This document shows, in pieces, positions 41,479 to 56,599 of a stretch of 64,000 nt of DNA. Numbering within the stretch: position 1 is the stretch's first letter; every line of letters begins with the position of its first letter. The position numbers were made by a program, and so were the translations under genes. A model generated the notes under the pieces. It searched no databases. It was not told where the DNA came from and saw only the letters and a program-made list of their open reading frames with translations. This stretch comes from Eledone cirrhosa (lineage: Eukaryota), in contig OZ024743.1 of NCBI GenBank assembly GCA_964016885.1, forward strand, positions 190,836,001-190,900,000. Direction: 5' to 3'.

Positions 41479-41650
41479 TAGTATCGGTAGAGGGTCGGAC
41501 ATCATGTTTTCCAGTGTAGTTACGTCCCTTTACGGTTTGAGTTCAATTCCCGCCGAGGTTAACTTTGCCTTTCATCCTCACGGGGTCGATAAAATAAAGT
41601 ACCAGTAATGTACTGGGTTATTGTTGGCTTTGTGCCAAAAGTAGAAACAA
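41479..41650 (+). mobile_element. tRNA-derived SINE
   Basis: gagttcaattcccgccgaggttaactttgcctttcatcc..gtaccagt. Confidence 0.8.
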
Positions 41651-41997
41651 TTATATGTATATATATATATATATACACACACACATATATATATATATAT
41701 AGAGAGAGAGAGAGGGAGAGAGAGAGAGATATAAAGCATCAAAGGTAAACCCACTACCATAATTTTATATAAGTTTAACAGTTAAATAACTAATTCACGT
41801 AATATGAAAATAACAATGCATCAAAGACGAATACACTACCATAGAGTATATTATTTTAAGACGTTAAAAAAAATCATATAGAAGTTTTAACGTTAATTTC
41901 TGTTTACTTTTCATGTTCCTTCATTGAAAATAAGAACATCGGAAGGAGTGGTAATGATTATTTTTGAAAGTAAAGTGAAAGAGAGCAAACAAAAATA

Positions 41998-42271
41998 AAA
42001 GAAAAGAGTGTGGTTAAATGTCAAACACAAAAGAAATACCGCCCAAAACATTAAAACTCTTATTACTTCTATTAAGCATGAAACTAATTCTGTTATGTTA
42101 ATGTGTTATTCTTTGGTGGTGTTTTAGTTCATTTTTTTTTTTTTTAGTAAATCTATGAAGTGGACACCCTGAATACGTTTGCATCTTTATATTGTAAATT
42201 CACGGATTACCACGGATACTTACCTGGATTTTAAAGCAGAATAGCGAATGTTTAACACACACACAGGCACA

Positions 42272-42341
<70 letters not shown>

Positions 42342-42635
42342 TATATATATAGAGAGAGAGAGATGTGGCTGTGTGTGTGTTAAACATTCGCTATTCTGCT
42401 TTAAAATCCAGGTAAGTATCCGTGGTAATCCGTGAATTTACAATATAAAGATGCAAACGTATTCAGGGTGTCCACTTCATAGATTTACTAAAAAAAAAAA
42501 AAAAATGAACTAAAACACCACCAAAGAATAACACATTAACATAACAGAATTAGTTTCATGCTTAATAGAAGTAATAAGAGTTTTAATGTTTTGGGCGGTA
42601 TTTCTTTTGTGTTTGACATTTAACCACACTCTTTT

Positions 42636-42639
<4 letters not shown>
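41998..42639. repeat. Near-perfect palindrome centred on (CT)n(TA)n(GA)n
   Basis: 41998-42290 vs ~42350-42639. Confidence 0.92.
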
Positions 42640-42684
<45 letters not shown>

Positions 42685-42807
42685 GGAGGTGAGTTTTATT
42701 GTAGTACAATAAAGCAATGCAGATATCGGATAAGAAGCACTCTACAGTTTGTAGGACTGGAGTATACATAATACAAGATCAAAAGATGGTTAAAGGAGTT
42801 CCATGTA

Positions 42808-42874
42808 TTTTATTATGCGCATTTCAAAAACAAACATCATCATGCAATAATATTTGTGTTTTCATCAGATAAAA
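42808..42874 (-). ncRNA. Type I hammerhead, left pLTR
   Basis: Mirror of 46028-46094. Confidence 0.75.
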
Positions 42875-43889
42875 CAGGAGAACATGATATGAAGGCTAAA
42901 AAACACTTGTGGATAGTGCAGTTTTAAATCAACATATGAAAAGTGGTTTTAGATTGATGTGTGATATTGGGAAAAATATTTTATTTAGAGGGGGGGGTGG
43001 AAAGGATGAAAAAAAGAAGGAGATGAGAGTGAAGGTGGAGAGGGAGGAGTATAGTGAGGAAGGATGAGATAGGAGGAGAGATGGGTGATAGAGAGAGAGA
43101 TAGTTTTTATAACTGAGAAAGATATATTGTTTTACATAGAGAGGTTGAAAACCGTTGGAAGATAATGTATAAATTAAAAGAATTTGAAAATTATCGAAGA
43201 GAAATATATGTGTGAAGAAAAAGAAGGCGTTAATATGTATTAAGAATAATGAGTTAGATGATAGGGAGAAAAGAATAATGAATTGAGGATGAATATTCTA
43301 ACGTAAAAAAAAATGTATGTTTTCGAAGGATTTTTACAAGGTGATATAGAGTAAGAATGTGTTGTATTATGTAATAATTGATTCTATGTTAGGCAAGAGT
43401 GAGAAAAGGTACAGATTAGGGGTTTGATATTAGAAGAGAAGAAAAGGAAGTGATAAATATGGGTGATGTAGAAAGAGTAAACAAGTATTATAGAATTTGA
43501 AAATTAACGAAGAGAAAAATAATGTAAAGTTAAGGTTTGTATATTGAAGGATTTGAGAAAAATAATGTAAAGTTAAGGTTTGTATATTGAAGGATTTGAT
43601 AATATGTGCGAAGAAAAAGAAAATGTTAATATGTATTGAGAATAATGTGTTAGATGATAGGGAGAAAGGAATAATGAATTGAGGATGAATAATCTAGCGT
43701 AAAAAAAAATGTATATGTTTACGAAGGATTTTTACAAGGTGATATAGAGTAAGAGTAATGAGTAAACAAGTATTATAGAATGTATAATAACCTTTGAAAT
43801 AAGGTAGAAAGATGGGTATATGTTTAAAAGAAGTGTATATATATATGTGCCCTTGAGAAAAAGATTCTAAATTGATAAAGAATTGAATA

Positions 43890-45300
43890 TTAGCTGTATA
43901 CTTTGTGAAATGTTTTATGGAATGTATGCAAGCAGATAGAAAACAAGTCAGTGCGTCTATTTATTATAGAATCTAGATTAGAGATAATGGTAAATTTTTC
44001 ATTTAGACCGAGATTGCAGATTTTAGATAGAGAATTGTTCAAGTATGTAGACGCAGAAGAAACCTTCTTCCAAAAGATGCTATATTTAATGTTTTTGTCT
44101 TTCAAGGACCATATGAGTTCTGAGAGAGCCGTGTTGGTTCTTTTAAGTTTGTATTTAAAAGACGAATGATGGTTATAAAGACGAGCTTTAAAAGAGGTGG
44201 AAGTGGAGCCAAAATAGGTGAAGGAATTGGTGTCAGTTATAACTTTACATTCGTAAATTAAGTTTTATCATGACAATGATTATTGAGACTACATTTATTT
44301 TTAATAGGGCAATTGCAATTGCAATTAGAGAGATTATTAATGAGTGACCTAGTGTTATCTATAGAAGGAATTGGATTGGAGAAGTTGTTTGCGATAGAAA
44401 TAATAGTTTATTGATTTAGAATGGGATTATGAACATTTAGCGAAATTGTGTTTGACGTTGTATTTGGGTTTGTAGAAATTAGCCTAGCAATGACGTCGGG
44501 AGTACTATTATTATGAAATTCAGTGTTGGAAGGAAGAGATTTAGTATTTAGTATTTTATTGTTGTGTTTAGAGATAATGTTGGAAATGTTGGAGGATGTA
44601 GAATAAGAAAATTTTATGGTGTGTTTGTTAAATATTTTACTATAGATATGTGAGGGAGGGAAGCATCTATTTAAGGCACTAAAGAATAATTTAGGAATAT
44701 TGTTATTAATAGAGATGGAGAAAGGAGCATTATACCAGATTATGTTTTTGTATCTAGGTCTTTTATTAAAGTTATTGGAATGATCATGATTAATTATTCT
44801 ACTGCAATTTCTTCTAGAATTTGTTTCTTTACTATATTTGATTTTATCAGGATAGCCGGCTTTAGAAAGCGCGTTATTATAGTAATTGGCGTTAGCATCA
44901 AAAATGTTTTTATTAGAAGATAGGTTAGATATTCTTTTTCCAATATTACTAACTATAGCATTCTTGATATTAGTAGGATGGTTAGATTTAAAGTTAACAT
45001 ACTTTAGGTTCTCTTTGTTTTTATGGTAAGGGTAATATAGGCCAGTGTCAAGATTAAGAGATACATCCAAGAAATTAGCTAGTTTGATACTGTTATCAAA
45101 TTCAATCTTTAGGTTATGTTGGTTAAAGAGATTACGTATATTGTTCTTAATAATATTAAGGTTAACTATATTGCAATTTAAGATAGTAAAGAGTCCATCG
45201 TCACGATAAATTCCACCATGAAGTTGAGGGTTTTTCCGACTCAAAGAGTTCAAAATAGAGAAACCAATTAAATCAGTCAATTGGGATGAATCGGATGCAC
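43890..45300 (-). pseudogene. PLE RT C-terminal half plus GIY-YIG, interrupted
   Basis: DSSQLTDLIG, GGIYRDDGL, NFLDV, SNHP, IIWYN.PFS, CNCNCP, YFGST, ICNL. Confidence 0.85.
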
Positions 45301-46027
45301 ATATTATCAAATCCTTCAATATACAAACCTTAACTTTACATTATTTTTCTCTTCGTTAATTTTCAAATTCTATAATACTTGTTTACTCTTTCTACATCAC
45401 CCATATTTATCACTTCCTTTTCTTCTCTTCTAATATCTAATATCTAACCCCTAATCTGTACCTTTTCTCACTCTTGCCTAACATAGAATCAATTATTACA
45501 TAATACAACACATTCTTACTCTATATCACCTTGTAAAAATCCTTCGTAAACATATACATTTTTTTTGACGTTAGAATATTCATCCTAAATTCATTATTCT
45601 TTTCTCCCTATCATCTAACTCATTATTCTTTTCTCCCTATCATCTAACTCATTATTCTCAATACATATTAACTCCTTCTTTTTCTTCGCACATATATTTC
45701 TCTTTGTTAATTTTTAAATTCTTTTAATTTATACATTATCTTCCAACGGTTTTCAACCTCTCTATGTAAAACAATATATCTTTCTCAGTTATAAAAACTA
45801 TCTCTCTCTCTCTATCACCCATCTCTCCTCCTATCTCATCCTTCCTCACTATACTCCTCCCTCTCCACCTTCACTCTCATCTCCTTCTTTTTTTCATCCT
45901 TTCCACCACCCCTCTAAATAAAATATTTTTCCCAATATCACACATCAATCTAAAACTACTTCTCATATGTTGATTTAAAACTGAACTATCCACAAGTGTT
46001 TTTTAACCTTCATATCATGTCCTCCTG

Positions 46028-46094
46028 TTTTATCTGATGAAAACACAAATATTATTGCATGATGATATTTGTTTTTGAAATGCGCATAATAAAA
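46028..46094 (+). ncRNA. Type I hammerhead, right pLTR
   Basis: ttttat-CTGATGA-aaacacaaatattat..atgatatttgtttt-t-GAAA-tgcgca-TA-ataaaa. Confidence 0.8.
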
Positions 46095-46222
46095 TACATG
46101 GAACTCCTTTAACGATCTTTTGTTCTTATATATTATGTATACTCCAGTCGTACAAACTGTAGAGTGCTTCTTATCCGATATCTGCATTTCTTTATTGTGC
46201 TACAATAAAACTCACCTCCTAC

Positions 46223-48218
<1,996 letters not shown>

Positions 48219-48678
48219 TGTACATATATATATACATACACATACATATACGTGTTTTGCAACCGGTCAGTTAGTGTCTCAATGAAAAATTAATAAATTA
48301 AACAATCAGAGCTATATATCATAAAACATGTCTATAGAATCACAAGATAAAATATATACTATTTCCTCTCCCAATTAGCATAATTAACTATATAAAAAAT
48401 CGAATAGACCAGGCTATACGAATGAGATTTCTATGAAGGAATCTCCGACAAATAACCAAAAAAAGCGCTTCGCCTCGACCGTAGTGGAATATTTATCGAA
48501 TATTTCGACAGCTTAATCGCCTAGATACAGTCAACTAAGCAGAATTAGGTTTAAAATAAACTAGGAGAAAATAGAATACATTCAAATACCTCTACCATGG
48601 TTTCGTCCGTGTTTTGAGTTTTCCAATAATTATGTAATAATTATATAAACTCGAGCGCCGGATTCTTATATATATATG

Positions 48679-50145
48679 AGAGTATTGAAGTTTGCATGAA
48701 GCATTGTCGAATAATAAGATATATTGTCTTTAGGTCGTTTTGGAAGCCTCAACAATGCAGATGGGTAATTCTCCTGGTAACAAGATCCGGTGGTAGAGAG
48801 AGAGAGATGTAAGTGAATGTAGATTGAGATGTATAGTATGTAGCAGAACGTGAGAAAGAGCGTAAAAAATAAAAATAATAACACGAGATAGAGTTACCTT
48901 GGGAGAGATTTAATTGTCCCTATATATTTCGTTTTCACATCCATCAACTGGGGTGTTTTTCCTGTGGGGGGGGGGAGTTGTCTAAAGGTGCGAAACGTGT
49001 CCTCCGCTGTTCGTTGTTTTGAATATCTGAGGTATTCAGCAGAGCGTGCCTGCGCGTAAAATGGGGTCGGTCAAGTATAGGTCGGCGGCCGAAATAGTTC
49101 TTTTAATTGTGGGAGTGGGGTGGCGTAAGCTGTCAAACCATTGTATTATCTGCCCGTGCTGGTTTCAATATTGGTGGTAGTATTCTCTGCCTGTTTGGTG
49201 AATGTTACTGTGTGTGTGTGTATGTGTGTGTGTGTGTGTGTGCGTGTGTTGCTGTCTCGCTTGTGTGTGTGTGTGCGTGTGTTGTAGCCTCGTTCGTCTG
49301 TATTAGCAGTGCAGTATGTTCGTATGGTGGAATGCTACTGTATGTGTGTGTGTGTGTGTGCGTATGTTGCTGTCTCACTTGTGTGTGTGTGTGTGTGTGC
49401 GCGTGTTGTTGCATTGTTTGTTTACTTAAACCAACCACCTCATTTGGCTTCTCTTTGATCGGTTATTTATTTGTGGCCCTAGGCGTTTGATCCAAAGTGC
49501 TTCCTTGATTCGTAACGTGTCGACGTTTCTTTCCGTCGTTAGAATTGTGACAATGGGCCTTCCGTCTTTGTTTCCGCATTTGGTTATGTGTTTCCGGAAA
49601 GACAAGGCCCTGGTGTTAATGTGCTCTTTGATCAGAATGTGTAGCGGACGGATTGTGCTACCTATATAGTAGTGGTTGCACTTGTTACATTCTATCTTAT
49701 ACACGACGTATGTGCGTAGGCAACAGTTCGTATGGCGCATCGGGCAGTTTCTGAGGGAGCAGGCGTCAGTTGATTTCCCGGGTTTCCTTGAGAGGCGTCT
49801 TCGCAGGGAGGGGCCCGAGTGGGCCAGGTGGATGTCGAGCCCCTCCCTCTGTATAGCCTTGCGGATAGCGTTGGTGGTATTCTCGCCCAGATGTAGTATT
49901 TTAAGGAAGCACTTGCTTTGGGCGTTTCTCTGCCTCTTACGTCTGGTGTCTCTTATTCTGTTTGTGAGTGAGGCAGGGTACCGGTTCGTCTCCAGGACTT
50001 TGAGGAATCGCTTGGTATGAGTGACACCACACGCGGGATCGCTGCATCTGTTTTTAATTCGCGTGATCTCGTTCGTGATGTATCCTCTTTTAGCACTGAT
50101 CACGCGAATTAAAAACAGATGCAGCGATCCCGCGAGTGGTGTCAC
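48679..50145 (-). mobile_element. 5'-truncated Penelope-type PLE related to the 31-34 kb element
   Basis: ORF 49426-~50097 with CSLRNCP..VVYKIECNKCNHYYIGST; 3' terminus resembles 31373-31460; 48-bp snap-back at the 5' end. Confidence 0.88.
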
Positions 50146-50456
50146 TTGGCGTTTATCCAAGCCACGCAGTCACCTGCCTTCGCCGAAAATTATAGAAGCT
50201 GGATTCTTTTAGAATTCCAGTAATAATCAGGAGTTGATTACACAGAGCGATTGCCGATCCAGCAAAAATGTTTACTGCACCGGCAATCGCTCTTTGTAAG
50301 TAACATATAAGTAAGTGACATAGTCACTACTTTAAAACTGATAGCGAATAGTCTTCTAAATGTTTTAATTAAAATACGGTATATTGCCAAATATACTATA
50401 CATACATTCATGTATACATCGCTATTTCAGAGCACCAATACTAATCCATATATATA

Positions 50457-51341
50457 CGAGGTGTGTCAGAAAGGTTCAAGGACTGATGTCACAAAAGATT
50501 TATTTCAAACCCAAACTTCACACTCAGAGTTTTCTGCTTCAAATTAATCCCCCTGGAGTATGTAACTGTAATCTTAGCTCTCTGCAGCGATCAAACTTTT
50601 TTCTTCATAATTTTATATACATGTCTTCTGTTTCAGGTCGTCAAGCAATGAGCACAGAGCAACGAACAAACTTGAAGTTTCTGGTAAAATTGGGGAAAAC
50701 TCCGTCAAAAGCACTGGGATTGCTGCAGCAAGTGTATGGAGATGAGACGATGTCACGCTCATGTGTTTTTGAGTGGTGCAAGATGACCCCAGGAGCGGAA
50801 GGCCCTCAACAACTAGGACTGAGGTCAACGTTGAGCCCGTCAGGCAGATGGTGCGAAGCAATCGTCGGCTGACTGTTCGACTGATGGCAAATGAACTAGG
50901 TATGAATCGGGACAGCGTCTGGAAGATTCTCACTGAAGATTTGGACATGCGGAAAGTCTGCGCGCAGATGGTGCCTAACCTGCTGAACGATCACCACAAG
51001 GGTCGATGCATGCAAGTGTGCCAAGACATCCTTGATCGTCTTAAAACCGAACCAGACTTGCTAGGAACAGTCATTACCGGTGATGAGTCATGGATTTTCG
51101 AGTACGACCCGGAGGGGACCAGTTTTGAAGACGTGGACGACATCAAAAAGGCTGTGACGACGGAACTCCGGAGGATCCCGGAAGAATCCTTCCAGGAGTA
51201 CATGCAAGCGTGCCAAAAGAGATGGAAAAGTGCATTAGACTCCGGGCGGATTACTTTGAAGGAGAAAACTCTTAGTGTGAAGTTTGGGTTTGAAATACAT
51301 GTTTTGTGACATCAGTCCTGGAACTTTTCTGATATACCTCG
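50457..51341 (+). mobile_element. Internally deleted mariner transposon
   Basis: ~105-bp imperfect inverted ends; EQR.NLKFLVKLGK, DDPRSGRP, KVCA.MVP.LL, ITGDESWIFEYDPE; rest of the DDD domain missing. Confidence 0.9.
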
Positions 51342-52399
51342 TGTGTGTGTGTGTAAGAGTATAGGAACGACCGCGAGTTCGGTGGTTTCGGCTAATTATT
51401 TCTGAACTGTTCAGACCTACCTCTCGAAACGGCCGGAGCTCAGCCGTCGAGGTCCTGACTCTTTTCCAATTACACATACATATATATATATATATATATA
51501 CATATATATATAATTATATATATATATATATACATACATACATACATACATACATACATACATACATACATACAACAATACATAATATAAAGTTATATAT
51601 ACATATATACACACATACATACAACCATACAACATACATGATATAAAATAATATATATATATTTACATTTACACCTACATAGTCTGCCGTGATTTCGCCT
51701 AGTGAATATATGTCATGGAGTATATATATATATATTTGTAAGCAGCTATTGATTAATTCTGTGTAGTTTACTGTTTGTGTATGTCTCGTAACGTAACGGT
51801 TCGACGAAAATAGATCGACATCGAGGAGGTAAGATCAATGAAACTCTTTCCAGGTGTCCGTATCCCACCTCCAACAACTGCAAACATCTTTCAATTTTAT
51901 CATTTGATTCTTCACACTTCTTCGAGCCTGACAATTCTTAGTTATTCACGTTTATTTTTATTCTCCAACTTACATTCTGTTCATCTGTTCCTCCCGCCTC
52001 TCTCTCTTTCTATTTTCTCCCCTTCTCTCTTTTTCTTTCTTTCTCTCCCTATCTCTCTCAATCGTCTGGTAGCATTCTGCATTCGTAGTGTCGTTTGTGT
52101 GACAGCAATTAAAAAGCCAGACACAGTATAGGGCCGCAATAGTCTCAATAACTTTACTTTCTAATTCTGCATTGTATTTTCCCCATAAGAGATGTTCAAT
52201 AATATTCTTCCGTGAGTAAAATTGATAATATATATAAAATAAGTTAATTCGATATTTCTAGAATAATATATAGCTTTCAATATATAAATAACATGTAATT
52301 TCTCAAGAGTCCGAAAGATCAGAGCTGTTGTAAAATATCGTCAAATTATCTTGTGATAGATGTATGCTAATGTAATGAGTGTGTGTGTATGGTGGTGGT

Positions 52400-52939
52400 G
52401 GTGGTGTGTGTGTGTGTGTGGTTGTTTCGCCTTCATGCTGCTCTATAACTGTTCCAGGTAGAACATATTTTCCGCAACAGTCTTTCAAAGACTCCTGTAA
52501 TGTGTTGTTTTTAGGGTGTTTCATATCATATATTTTATCTTCAATACCTCTTAAAATCTCCGTCAGTTCAACCTCGGACGTCCCACATTCCCGCTTCAAG
52601 TTCAAATCCGGAGCTTGATTTGAGAAATGTCCCTTTAATCTAAACCTTAGCCAACACATCCCTCATTACATCACGATACAACTTATTCATTGACTGATGG
52701 GTTCCTGTTTGTTCTTAATATGGGAGGTCTTTGTTGGCTTCACAATTTGAAAATATCAAATATTTAGGGCATCTCTTGGGCATCTCTTCGAGAATATATA
52801 TATATATATATACTTACCATATTCTGGCTCCGAGATATTATTTGTATATATACACTTTATGCAGAACACTCTCCTTAGGCATTGTCACCTCTTGCCATTT
52901 TTCATGCACATGCAAACAAACACACACACACACACGCAT

Positions 52940-52970
<31 letters not shown>

Positions 52971-53003
52971 AACACATACAGACATATACACACACACACG
53001 AAA

Positions 53004-53071
<68 letters not shown>

Positions 53072-53800
53072 TAGTAAAAGGAAAAGGAAATGGTGACAAA
53101 TTTTTCCCAGTGAAAAATAGTTTAGTTAGGAATAGGTATAAATTAGTAATAAGTATTGGTTAGTATTCAGTTTTAGCTTTAAGTTTTTACCGGTTGTGCA
53201 TTTCTAATGCTTTTCAAAAATAACTTTGAGATAGAGCGCTCGTGATGTTTGCTCTAATCTTATATATATATATATATATATATGTATATGTGTGTGTGTA
53301 TAAGTTGATTTAGGCCTTGTTTGGTTTATGTTCGAAATTATTACTTTGCAAACTATAACATACTACGGCGGTTTTAATAATGAGTCTGGCAGTGAAATGA
53401 TGCCGGAATAAAAGCAGTAGCAATGTAAACATCGTGAAACCTGAAGATAAATGCTGAGTGGTTTGTATATCTAGCTGTAGAGACTTGTAAATCTGCATGT
53501 TAGTTGAACAAGAACAGTTAAGTGAAAGAGGAAAATTGATAATAGTGTAGCGTACATTTGGCGAGATCAGATACCCCCTTGAAACTTGTCATAATGAAAA
53601 TTAGTAGTTGCAAGCAGTAATTTAGAATTTCGGTATTTATTTTAACCAAACAATCAGACTATATTCATAAAGTTATTTAATCAGCTCTCACTTTAAAGTT
53701 CTGTTAAGTGGAATATCTCTACTCAGATGTAATGATTTCCTTCATAAGAAGAATACTAACGTCTTTCAGGAGCGAAAACTGACGATACACTTTGATTTGT
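52400..53800 (-). pseudogene. Possible highly decayed PLE ORF remnants
   Basis: LRFRLKGHF..ELTEIL..IE resembles PLE N-termini; faint RT-like fragments near 53330-53580. Confidence 0.3.
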
Positions 53801-53832
53801 TATATAGTTTCTATTATTTCGATCCTTGAAAT

Positions 53833-54050
53833 AATGGTTTCTGATTTAAGCACAAAGCCGATAATCTTTGGAGCTGGGAATGTCGATTAAATCGAATTCA
53901 GTACGTTGCTGGTACTTTATTTTATTGACCATGTAAGGATGAAAGTCAAAGCTAACGTCGACGGGATTTAAACTCAGAACATAAGGGGATGTAATTCTAT
54001 GCTGCAACGAATGTTCTCCGATGCGTTACTGATACTGCTAATCCACTGCC
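53833..54050 (-). mobile_element. tRNA-derived SINE, diverged
   Basis: Conserved core. Confidence 0.7.
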
Positions 54051-54547
54051 CTTGAAATAAGTATTTTTACTTTGGAATAAGATAAGTTAACTTTGCGCAA
54101 ATAGAATTCTAAATCATGATATACATAAACAAGACTAAAATAATATTCAATATTTGATTCAGAAACAAATCATCTATTCAAATCTAAGGAACAGAAGTAA
54201 TGTATTTTCGTACCCCTTTCATTTACCCTACTTAATGCCCACAGAAAATCATTGAAAGCTACGTACAAGTGTCATTTTTGGAAGTCAACGAAAATTCGTT
54301 AATTGATATTTCGGATCACGAAATATCACATATTTGATAATAACTATGCGTTTTTATCATTATTTGCAGAGATATTAATGTAGACTTCTGTAAATGTAAT
54401 TAGATGCAGTAACTTGTGTAAAAGCCGGTGGATTCACAATTTAAGTATTATGATATATATAGCTGCGTTTAATCAGATGAGCACTCAGCCACTCACACAT
54501 TAATCTATATGACATTTAGATGATTCAACGGAAGTTTATTCCTCGCA

Positions 54548-54604
<57 letters not shown>

Positions 54605-55552
54605 TAAGTATGTACACATACATACATATATGTATACAGACGTACAGTAGTATGTATATATATATACATACATTCACATATATATACATGTACGTATGGA
54701 TTCACCCAACATTTATTATAATGCTCGGTGTGTTTGTAAACAAACATCCCGTATTAAGCCGTAGTGTCTAGCAATCATGGTTGCTCGTTTGTTCAACACT
54801 GACAAAGGAACGCTGTACTAGTTTCAAGCTTATTAGCTATCGTCAGCGAAAACGATAAACGGAAAAAAATGAAACAAAATTTCATTTCCCACTCTTAGTA
54901 CGGCTGTTACTTAAATATAAGTATGTACACGTACATACATATATGTATACAGACGTACAGTAGTATGTATATATATATACATACATGCATACATATATCC
55001 TTAATACGGGATGTTTGTTTACAAACACACCGAGCATTATAATAAATGTTCGGTGCATCCATACGTACATGTATATATGTGTGCATGTATGTATATATAT
55101 ATACATACTACTGTACGTCTGTATACATATATGTATGTACGTGTACATAGTTATATTTAAGTAACAGCCGTACTAAGAGTGGGAAATGAAATTTAATTTC
55201 ATTTTTTTCCGTTTATCGTTTTCGGTGCACCCGGCCGATTAACCCACTCGATATGGAAATTGGGCTACTCAGCCATTAATATGCATAAGGTAAGTATATA
55301 CGTTCAACAATCTGGCAGGAAGGTATACGTTGCTGACGATAGCTAATAAGCTTGAAACTAGTACAGCGTTCCTTTGTCAGTGTTGAACAAACGAGCAACG
55401 ATGGTTGCTAGACACTACGGCTTAATACGGGATGTTTGTTTACAAACACACCGAGCATTATAATAAATGTTCGGTGAATCCAGACGTACATGTATATATG
55501 TGTGCATGTATGTATATATATATATATATACATACTACTGTGCGTCTGTATA
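54605..55552. mobile_element. Non-coding HHR-bearing 421-bp tandem unit in fold-back arrangement (candidate retrozyme)
   Basis: Plus arm 55000-55552 repeats with period 421 (cttaatacggg at 55000 and 55421); minus arm 54998->54605 is a permuted, internally deleted copy. Confidence 0.75.
55328..55368 (+). ncRNA. Canonical minimal type I hammerhead
   Basis: cgttg-CTGACGA-t-agct(aata)agct-t-GAAA-ctag-TA-cagcg; second copy at 54811-54847 (-). Confidence 0.88.
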
Positions 55553-55793
55553 CGAACCAAAATATCGTCTTCCTGTTTTCCTTCGGTTGCAACGTTTCTC
55601 CAAATATTTAATTCTGCGTTCACAGATTGAATTTATTAGTTTAAGAAGATCCCGTTAATGTTGAAAGCAGCGATTCTTTGCTTAAACTTTCTTTCATTCA
55701 CAACCCCTGTCCCTTTTTTCTCATACACCCTCTCTCTCTCACTCATACCCCCCTCTCTCTCTTTCTCTACAGAATGGAGAACAATAAAGAACG

Positions 55794-55877
<84 letters not shown>

Positions 55878-56599
55878 ATATATATGTGTGTTTGTGTGTG
55901 TGTGTGAGAACCAACGTTCGCCACTATTCTCTCTCTCTCTGTCTCTCTATCTGATTATCTTGTATAACGACCTATCTCACTCTCTCTCTATCTATACATC
56001 CCCCTTTCTCTCTTTAGATGTATATGTATATGTGTGTGTGTGATATATATATAGAGAGAGGGTTGCAACATGTATGTAGTTTCATAGATTGTTGAGGGTA
56101 GTAAGAATGAAAATATAAACAGAGCACATAAATAAATTTACAGTGGAATAACATAACAAATATGTTTTAAATATATATACATAAATAACATTACAAATGC
56201 CTCGGTAACACTACAAAGGATGATACAATAAAAGATATATTCCTTCAATATTAAAGAAAATGCAAAGGAAGGGGTGAACAACGGAGCCAACACCAGAGCA
56301 AAAGACAGCAACGTCGCGAGTACTGGGCAACCTCTCTAATTTTGAGGCAAGCCAGCACACTCGCAGTGTTGCCTCGGGTGATGGCGAGGCTGATGCGCTG
56401 AAATATTGTTTTAAAAGACTTTTTAATGGAAATGAAGCAAAATGGAAGCTTAATGTTGAAGCTTCGAACTCATGAATTTTGCAGGTTAACATTTTGCTGG
56501 CCCGAAAACTGTTCGCGTATTTTTGTACGCGTAGTTTATTCGTAACATAAATAGATAAACAAATGACGCCATAAGAGGGAAATAACTCGTCTCTCATCT

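Larger units (their letters stand above)
42683..46222 (-). mobile_element. 5'-truncated PLE (probably Nematis-type) with ~0.9-kb inverted terminal pLTRs
   Basis: 42683-43550 inverted vs ~45315-46222; RT/EN relic between; (TA)n on both ends. Confidence 0.9.

Noticed and set aside
42683-46222. DNA transposon with 0.9-kb TIRs
   Set aside because: The arms are PLE pLTRs with hammerheads and the interior encodes RT/GIY-YIG, not a transposase.
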